Source of the DNA: Bugula neritina
Taxonomy: Eukaryota; Animalia; Bryozoa
Assembly: GCA_964035545.1 (NCBI GenBank)
Contig: OZ037770.1
Coordinates: 6,582,729-6,646,728, forward strand
Reading direction: 5' to 3'
DNA: 64,000 bases
Below the pieces are notes generated by a model. The model had not been told where the DNA came from. It ran no database searches and saw nothing but the letters and a program-made list of their open reading frames with translations. Made by a program: the position numbers and the translations under genes. Below are positions 1 to 64,000 of this stretch, in pieces. The stretch's first letter is position 1. Each line of letters starts with the position of its first letter.

Positions 1-1532
1 AAAACCTATGTATTTCAATTACTGTGTTTAAAGCTCTGATTAGCACCGTTTAGCTCTGAGATTATTTATCAACATGTTTCACAAGCTACTACCACATTTC
101 TACCATTATTACATAAAAATGCATAAATTATGAAAGCAAGTATGTTATGGAATTGCAATGACTATTTTTTTTTACTAAAACTTGTGAATGCAAATACAAT
201 TATTTTTAAAACTGTCTTTTTACTGTGTAAAATAGGTTTCATACTTTGCAAAATATAACTTTGAACTATTATTCGTAAAATATGACTAATTCTTTGTGAC
301 TCATAGCTTGTAACTTTAACTTATGTGTGACTTATAATCTATTCTCTTTCTAATGACTTAAAACCTATGACTACTGTATGAACAAGATAAAAATGCGGTG
401 TCTGTTAATGTTTGTGCCACTGTATAATATCACAATAGATACAGTACATCTGTTTTACTGGCTTTTGACTAGTGCGAAAGGTTATACAGTGGTAATATGA
501 TAGACAACTGAGGAGCAATTGAGAAAAAGGTCATGGGTTTTTTAAATGATAGTTCACAATCAGAAATTAGAAAACAGTTGCATGTAGCTCATCAATAAGT
601 TGTGCTGGGGCAAAGAAATACAAAAACATGTTATTAGATTGTTTTATTTGCAAAATGAACAAAACTAAATTAGGTTACAAAGACTATTTATTTATTGATA
701 TATTTATAACAGTATGAATTTACTTGTGAATTATGAAAGTCAATGCGCAGAACAAAAGTTAATAGATATCAATATGTATATAATTTAAAAATCATGTTGT
801 AAAAGCTCATTCAAATTACGAGTATGAAAAATGTGTCTTATATATGGTAAGTGTATGCATAGAATGCCTATAATAAAATGTTATGTCAATGTTGTGCAAC
901 CCTGTATAAGTTGGTTTGTTTTTAAAGTGAATGAGATTAATCAAAATATAATTGCTATGCTACCCAATAACATATTTGCTAAGGCTGCTTTTCGTTTTTA
1001 CTAGTAATTACATTAATGCAGCATATATGTGAAGACTGCAAACACTATAAAGTAACACAGAGGTTATGCAAAGGAAAGATCGTCTTTTATAATTTCACAG
1101 CACAGGTAATTTAAATGTGGGAAATGAAAACACCGATGCAGCGCAGTGCCAATGAGAACTGGTAAGAACAAGGTGATGATAAAAAAACAAAAATTGCTAC
1201 AAAATATTGTATGTTTGTTTGAAAGACAAACATGTGCGAATGGCAGTAATGCTGTGAATGTGTGTGACTATTACCTGCTGCCGATATCTGTGAACCAATC
1301 TGAAAAGAAGTTATTTATACAAGTGAGCTCAGTTTTGAAACAGAACTTGCTATTAACACTGTTAAATAGATATGATTATTGGCAGGTATAAACATTAGTA
1401 TAGTATTTATCACAGAGACTTGGTGGTGCATCTTCTGTATAAGTAGTACTGTACTATTGAGTTTGCTTGTCAAAATGGAGTTATAGAGAAGGAACAGCAA
1501 ATTTAGGGTGGTTAGAACTTGATATATATAAT

Positions 1533-17012
<15,480 letters not shown>

Positions 17013-17599
17013 AATTCAAACTCATTAATTATTTTGCTTGTTGAAAACTCTGTCAGGTATGTTGCAAATATCGCGAAGAAAGAAATTGAAATTTTTTTCC
17101 AAGTATTATTGAAATTTTGATTGTTGAAGTGATCTTTGTCGTCGCTACAGTGACTTTGCATAATTTCAAAAAACAGCTGATCATCTTATGTTACTTCTAT
17201 CAATGAAATCAGTGATTTGTTTATATTAAAACAGATAGCGCATGCATTGCTTGTTATAATTTTATATTTTGTGCTTGGGGAGAAAACTCTTCAGTCATCA
17301 AGAATGTTAAGCAAATATTCTCATCGTCTAAGCACAAGAGGACTTTGATGCCTCTAACCACTTCAAACTTATCCAACACCCTGACACTGCAGACAAGTGA
17401 TTTGCTACTTATTTATAGAATACTTTAGACAAGGTTCCTGAATTAAATTGCTTTAAGTTATTTAAATACTGGCTTGGCGTAGGCTGTAATTATCCGAAAT
17501 TTGATTCATGCAGCAAACTTTTGCAACAAAGTAGTAATATAGTTAAGTTTATCCTATGATAACTATCTTGACTTTTTGTAAAGACATGCTAAGTTGTTA

Positions 17600-17810
17600 T
17601 ATACTCACATACTCACGCAAGTTTATAGTCACTATTTCTGTGGGAAACTTTTGATGGAAAGGGTTTTTTGAGGCGGGCTAAGGACTTATTTAAATGAGGC
17701 ACAGGAGCAAATATGTCTCAATTTTCTTTCTAACATCACCGATAGCCTCTGTTTAAGCTCGAACCCATGACCTCTTGCTTACTCAGCAAATGCCCTAATC
17801 TGTGCCATTT
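17600..17810 (-). mobile_element. SINE family 1 copy (intergenic, between B and A)
   Basis: Reverse complement of the 40363 body (ACTCACGCAAGTTTATAGTC..TGAGGCACAGGAGCAA..TAACATCACC..CGAACCCATGAC). Confidence 0.75.
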
Positions 17811-18348
17811 TTTTGTATTTTGCATATTAAATTATTTCATTTGTTTTCATACATTTCAGTAAAAGAACATAATACTATGCTTCAATCATTATGCCCAGTT
17901 TAAAACACTAAGTTTCATTTATAAGCTGTGAGTGAGTTTATTTATTAACTACACCAAATCCAAACTATACTGCTTTTGTTTCTAACTTGTGTATTGCTAC
18001 TGCAGCAACTAGATTTAGTTGATTACAACTATTACTGTGCTATCACTGCAACTAGTTTTGTTGTCAGCATGTAGGTAAGTGATGACTCCTTAAAATGTAC
18101 CAATAATTTAATTTCTAATTGAAGGAGATGTCTTTTTAAGATAAAGTAAGTTTGCTGTGATCACGTAATATTGTCATTAGATGTACAAGTAACATGCAGT
18201 GCTTTATTGGGATAAATGCTTTTATTGAATTAATTAGGAACAAACTATATGCTTCAAAACCTGCCTTATTACCAGCTATAAATGATAGCATCCTACAAAC
18301 AGTATGTGCTTATACATAGTTACAATGCTTATTGATGTCTCAGTCAAA

Positions 18349-37425
<19,077 letters not shown>

Positions 37426-38496
37426 TATTTATACACAAATAAATTATCTTGTTGAGTGAAATTGTTGTATTAACTTTTATTCACTACTTTTGTTTATGCC
37501 TATAGTTCAAAATTTCATTCAGTGCGTTATGATTAAACTTTAAATAAAAAATTTGAAAATTGTTTAAAGTGCCAATAAAATGTTGATTGTTAAATCAGTG
37601 GCCTTGCATGATTATGAGAATATGAGTATAATCCATGCTACATTTGTAAAAAAAGATATCACTCAAGTTGTTTTTCTATATTGAAGTACATTTGTACTTG
37701 ATAAAATTCTCACTGCTCATTAAAGGTTTATTTTGTGTTTAACAATAGAAATCTTCAGTCATCCCAGTTGAAAACAGATTTTCTTCATGCGACAAATCCA
37801 TTACACAAAACAGTTAACACTACAAATTTATACATCCTTCGCATATAATCATCTTCACATGAATACTATAATATTTTCTACTGAACTATACCAAATTCTC
37901 GCATTGCAGATTAAGTTCTACAATCTGTTTCTTTTTCAACTTTACATTTCAAAAATATGCTAATCTGTGTTTAGCTCCATTTATAAGAGTATCACTATTC
38001 TGATCATTTCTCTAGTGTCAGATCTAAGTGACTACTATAACAGCTTCTAACTCTTGTATTGCTGTCACGAACACTACACCCACTCCTTTGCAGAGCTGCC
38101 ACTCTAATACTACCACTACTGCTAGTACAGCTGCAATCACTAATTTCACCTTTTAACTGTTTTTCATCTAATGGAGAGGCGTTTCTAGCAAATTTTGCAT
38201 GCGATAATCTTCTAAGAATTCGATACATGAAGGTCATTTTTCATGGCTATGAATTATTATTACAAGCATGTTTCTGTTGCTTAAAAGAACAAAACAATTG
38301 TGTACAGATGGCAAAGTTCTATATGTAGCTAGTATTATTTATTTGACAGTCTACATATTACAGTGTCTATGGCATCCATATTATTATGCTGTCACAACAC
38401 TTATATTAGATACTCAGTACTATTACAGAGTCATACTACGCATTGGTGAGGCAGTGCTATCACACCATCCCACTAGTTATTAATGAGTCACTCCAA

Positions 38497-58461
<19,965 letters not shown>

Positions 58462-61270
58462 TATTTATACACAGACACAGATACAACAATATTGTTGAGG
58501 AGAATTGCTACATTAGCTCGCACTTATTATGTACTTATCATAAGTGGTTTGAATTTTTGTAAAAAATGCTGAAAGCATTGTGAAATTTTGATTGTTGAAT
58601 CAAATTTTTTCTGTGTTGCAGTATTATTAAAAATTGTTAGTTCATTCACTTTTTAAATAAAAGTACTCAAATATCTTGTAATTTTTTGTAGAAACAGGTA
58701 AACTAAAGTTTAGTAGTTGCCATGTTCAATGATATGCAAGATTAATGTATTAAGGAAGCAAAATACTATATAATATATAGTTCAAATATCCAAATGATGT
58801 CCATAGATTATAGGTTCAAGTTAATTCACAAAATATGATTTACTGACAAATTTACTTTTAAGAATGTAATTTATAAGTTATTACTATAATGTACCTAGAT
58901 ATGTTATAGTTTAAATAATTAGAGCAGCTTTTAATTTAGAAAAAAAATGACCATCTCTCTAGACTTCATTTACATTTCAACTAATTTTTTGAGCAAAAAC
59001 CTAGTAACAGTGATCAGGGTGCAATAGTCAGGTGGCCAATTTTGCACCAATCAGCGTGCCCCATGTGGCCAAGTTAAAAATAAATGTGGGTTAAGGAAAA
59101 TTTATTTTAGAGTTTGCTGTTATACTAGTTAAGCAATGTGGAAACAAGCAATGGCAACAATATCAGTAAAATCTAGCCTTGTTACCTTTGAGTGCAAAAA
59201 ACCTATAAAGCTTTAATGACATCTTTAAAATTTCCAAAGCATGGGTAAAAACCATTTTTGACTCATCTCTTCAACAAGTACGCTCCAAAAGTGTTGAAAC
59301 TACAATGGCTGAATAATTATGTCAATACATTTTTTATTAAAACAAGATCACAACTTTAAATCAATAAATTCTCTCACAGTTTGACCGACTTCTTGTACCC
59401 CTTATGACCGTTGTGTTTCCCCCTTACCCCTATAAATCAACATTTAGAAAACATAAAGCATGAAAATACGTGAAGTACATATAAGTGTTTAATTTTTAAC
59501 AGTGTGTGCAGCTATTGCAACAAGTGTAAACACATAAGTACACTGAGAGAACTTGACTGAAAAACCAGATATAAACTTCTTTGTACTTTGTTCTTAAATG
59601 TTTATTATAGCATTCAGCTCCATACATTGCTTTTATTGCAATATTTGATAGAATACATATATATGTCGATTGTAGCAGTTACCTCTGTTAGCTGCAGTAT
59701 ACCTATGACCATGTGCAATTGATAGGGATTAAAACATACTCATATAATCAAATAGATAGAAGCTTTCGCTGATCATGAAGACATAAAAGCGATGCAGCTT
59801 AAGCTGAAGAAAACGTATATAAGTAATTATTCAACTGTTTTTTTCATATCTTTAAGTTGTAGCAAAAAATAAATGGCTGATGTCAAATTTCTATCATAGG
59901 CAGTCGCAGTTCTACCCAAAATAGTACTTCAAGCACAGAATAAATTATTCAAATATGTTAGTCCTTAATGCTGATTATTGCATGCATTCACAGCAATGAA
60001 AAATTAACAGCTATACATATACATGTAAACAGAGTGGTGAGGATTAGCACAAGAATGAACAATGAGATTTTTGTATTCTATAGCTGCCACTTCAGCATTG
60101 CTCAATAACCTAAATAACAAAAATGCTCTCAACCTTCTATACTTCCTAAAATTTATCATGAGAGTAGTTTTTTTTAAAATAGCTCTTAAATTTCCATTAT
60201 GTGTGCTTATATACCAAAATATTTACATTTGCAACAGAAGAATAATTCTATACTGGAGTTAAACTTTGTGTTGCAAACAAAGTTTAATTTTTTGCCAAGG
60301 TGTCGCAACTCTTAATTGTAAATTGATTTTTCAAAATATAATTAGAGTAGGATTTATCCTCACAAAATTCAGCAGTTAATTTTAGAAAATTTTGCACTTG
60401 TAACGGCAACTTTATAAACACGAGTACTTCAATGTATGAGGAGTAGAGAAAAGGAGTTGAGGTGTTGAAAATGTTTGCAGCAGATAACAACACAACTACC
60501 AAGATACTAATCAACAAAGCCCTGCCAATGTTGCAAAAGAGTCTAAAATTATGCTTTAATGTCTAGGTATTTGTTGTTTTAAAAAAGTTATAAAAACGTT
60601 TTATATTGCAACTAGCATGTGGAGTTACCATCATACTAAGGTAAGTATTTTAGAATCATTAAGTGATATTAAAATCATGATGAATTATTTTCAAAGACGT
60701 TTATTTATTTTGTAGTAGCTTTTAATGAGCTAAAAGGATATTTTAGATATATCAGATATATCTGTGTGTGTTTGTGTGCGTGCGTGTGTAACATATGGAG
60801 ACTGTGTATTGTTTGTTTGATAATGTGTTGATTTGTACTTCTTTTACTGTTCTAATGCCAACAAGACAGGAAATCTAAACAAAAATAATATTTGTTTGTT
60901 TAAAAATTTCAGAGGATAATTAAAATAGGCAATATTGAACTTTACTTATGTTTTTGTTTAATTCTGATTAGATTACAATAGAAACTGTGACATATCGGAA
61001 GAAAAATCACATTCTTAACAACTTATATAATATAGAATGATAGATAGCAGAACTCAAACTGCAGATATTTGAGAGACTTTACAACACCTGGCTGCATGAA
61101 CTAAAGGCTGATTGTTGGGCCTGAGGTGGCCGAAATCTGTCACTACAACAAGTATACTGCAATGTATTATGCCAAACACCACAAATTTATCATCAAGTCT
61201 CCTAAACACTTGAATCTCAGTTCACACTAAAAATATGATTTTAGCTTCTATTAAGCTAATTAGGTGAGTC

Positions 61271-63792
61271 TTAATTCAAAGTTTTTGTCTTCTTTTTTCT
61301 AAATCTAGAAATCATCTCTGGTATTAGAATTAGACTCCCGATTACTCCAACACAGCCACCGAGTACTAGTCCATACTGCTCCTCTGTCTTCACAGCCAGC
61401 AATGCTGCAACAAACACAACTGCATGTAGGCAGAGTTGTGTAGAAGCCATTATATACAAACATAGAACATACTTGTAATAGGATAACATTTTTGCAGTTA
61501 CAGGAGCTATAAAGCACTAATATTCTATCCAAATAAGTCAAGACAGTAAAAATATATACAACTCATGTTGTAATATGCATGTCGAATTTTTTAACTGTTG
61601 TGAACAGTTTAATCTTTAAACCAGATTTTTTATTTCATTGAACTTTTATAATGCATTTTCTATATCATAACATGTATAAACTTATTTAAGTATAAAATAA
61701 GTTTCAATTTTTCTAGTGAGACTCAAGACTATAGAATATATGACACAATCCGTTTCGACATCCATGACTTTAAAACCCTGTAGTTTTAGTTTTGCTCAAA
61801 TTTTGGACCAAGTGAATAATTCTGAAAAAATTTTTTTACATGTCTTTACAATTATCTTGGGTGAAGAATGGAGGGAATTTTTCAAAATGAAAAAATTATA
61901 TTCTTGCCAATTGGTAGTATGAACTTTTAATCTGCAGCTTGAGCGTTGGTAAAACTACATGGTTAATGCTGGAGAAACTGGTTAACCAATAGCAGGAATA
62001 CTAATTTATACGTTTACTGTAGAGTGAACGGCTAGCTGTAGCTAGAGCAAACTTGTATAACATTTCTTTGAGTAAAATCACTTTAGCAATTCTATTACAA
62101 CTAAACTCCTCGACATAACTTTGTCGCTAGCTGTTATAAGGTTTATGTGACCATATAGTGTATATTATATATGGGTCATTTTACCTAATTTAGTACTCAC
62201 TGGATATCTTCAGTTTTTAACTATTTTTCACCATTTAACTGCTAATGAACATGGGTTTTTGATTAAAACTAGTAAAACACCAATAAATACACTTAAATAA
62301 TCAGAGTTCTTTTTAGTTTTGCTTCATTTCCTAATTATTCAGCTACTTTTAGTTGCGACCGTTACGGTTTTTTCACAACAATCCACATTACTAACAAGCT
62401 AAATAAATAAAAAAAACCATTGGGAAATTGAGCAAAATTAAAAAGAACCTTAATCATTTTTGTGTATTTATTGGTGTTTTACTTGTTTTAGAAAAAAAAG
62501 CCATGTTCATTACCATTTAAATTGTTTAAAATAGCTAAAAACTGGAGATTTCAGTGTGTACTAAATTTAGTAAAATGATCCATATGTGACCATATATATT
62601 ATATATTACATAATATGTGACTATAGGTGTGTTATATATTATAAATATGTGATTGTATATATTATATATAACACAATATGTGGCTATAGGTGTGTTATAT
62701 ATTATACATATGCGACCATATAATTATAATATATATGTGACCAGGTATATTATATATTGTAATGAAAATCTATGGCAAATATATATTACATTGGATTTGT
62801 CTTTTCCTGCACTTGATTTTTATTTTATTTTGAACATCAATGCAATGTAATTATGTAACTCGATCCTATTCAAAAGTCGGCACAAGTGCGGATTGTCGAG
62901 CTCCGACATTGGACAGGATGAGAACAAAGACTATTTCTTGTAAAAAAGGAAGCGAGCTCACAGGGTAGAATCAGTCTACTACTGGACCTCGCCGGATCAA
63001 GGCTACTTTAACTCGCTACCTATACTACAATAAAGATTCATCTACTCAAACTAGCCACCTCATCTTGTTCTTTCTATACTGGAGTTATGCTCCCCACCTA
63101 AACTGCATTCTACCCACAAAACTACTACAATATTCCATAATCTGTGACCAGGTATATTATATATGTGACCAGGTATATTATATATATGGGACCAGGTATA
63201 TTATATATGGGACCAGGTATATTATATATGGGACCAGGTATATTATATATAGGACCAGGTATATTATATATGTGACCTGGTATATTATATATCTATGTAA
63301 CCTGGTGTATTCAAAACAATATATAAACACATATTATATCTTACTACAGAGTGGAGTTCCCATCAGGCAGCCTAATCCCTCAGCAAACAAAGTAAATCCA
63401 AACAGTATGGGCAGAGTCTCTACTTCGCAGAAGTCCATTGTTACGGCCAACAAGTTGCATATAGACATAGAGAAACCCAACCCCCAGAAAGTCATCAGTG
63501 TGTAACACAACTCCTGAATATTAAACAAGTTGGAAAAATTAGCATTGCAAGTTGTTGTGAGAGAACAACTTTAAGTTTGAGAAATAAATTCAACTATATA
63601 AACTATCATATGTAAACTTATATCTAGCTGGGTATTCAGAGTAAAACCTTGCTCTTACCTTTGTCATACAGTATGGTATGGCTATTGTAGTCACCGAGTA
63701 TAGCAGAACAGCCAGGAAATGAATGTTTAGTCTGTCAAATTTGAGGGGACTCATTGAAACAGCAATTAACGCCCCAACAAGTTTTGCAATTC
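61271..63792 (-). CDS. 3' part (last three coding exons) of an MFS transporter, monocarboxylate transporter (SLC16)-like; 5' part lies beyond the window
   Basis: Exons 63792-63659 (GIAKLVGALIAVSMSPLKFDRLNIHFLAVLLYSVTTIAIPYCMTK), 63513-63345 (ELCYTLMTFWGLGFSMSICNLLAVTMDFCEVETLPILFGFTLFAEGLGCLMGTPLC), 61404-61271 (LLAVKTEEQYGLVLGGCVGVIGSLILIPE..KKKTKTLN*). GT-AG, phases consistent, successive hydrophobic helices; FG..LF.EG.G.L.G.P resembles the C-terminal helices of MCT-type carriers. Confidence 0.75.
62173..62581. mobile_element. Palindromic MITE family 2, second full copy
   Basis: Same TIR and internal arms as 31789-32211; TSD ATAT. Confidence 0.85.
62758..63129. mobile_element. Probable solo LTR in the transporter intron
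   Basis: TGTA..TACA ends, ATAT duplicated on both sides, AATAAA near 63029; interrupts a 21-bp minisatellite. Confidence 0.65.
63143..63292. repeat. 21-bp minisatellite (TGTGACCAGGTATATTATATA)n, with degenerate copies at 62146-62757
   Basis: About 7 direct repeats visible. Confidence 0.9.
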
Positions 63793-64000
63793 CTGCGAAA
63801 ATTTATTAACTTCTCTTACCCAAAACAACTTTCAATATAATGCAATATATAAGTATTTTTAAAAAACATATGCAGTAACAAAAATTTGCGATAGATATAT
63901 AACAATATGTTGAAAAAAAACTCCTTTTGTAATATCAACCATGCAATACACAAATATTATTATGTTATGATCAACTTGTAGTATTGATGACTCGAAATAT

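Overview
AT-rich animal (invertebrate-like) genomic DNA with spliceosomal introns; the species cannot be determined from the sequence. Most of the window (1533-58461, minus strand) is a head-to-tail array of three paralogous 15-exon genes (A, B, C), which I assembled by hand from GT-AG boundaries, matching exon lengths and matching intron phases. Each encodes a roughly 780-860 aa type I membrane protein: putative signal peptide, five fibronectin type III (FN3)-like units, one F-type-lectin/F5-8C-like domain, one TM helix and a Tyr-containing cytoplasmic tail. The lectin-like domain appears to be inserted between the two exon-halves of the second FN3-like unit, lacks the canonical fucose-binding residues, and the three copies are sequence mosaics suggesting gene conversion. 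I interpret this as a candidate diversifying recognition-receptor family (inference). The introns carry two LTR-bounded Ty3/Gypsy elements (one lacks RT/IN but has an extra Zn-finger/coiled-coil ORF), three Gypsy remnants, an RTE-type LINE, two MITE families, two tRNA-derived SINE families, a foldback element and micro/minisatellites. The 3' end of an MFS (SLC16/MCT-like) transporter gene lies at 61271-63792.
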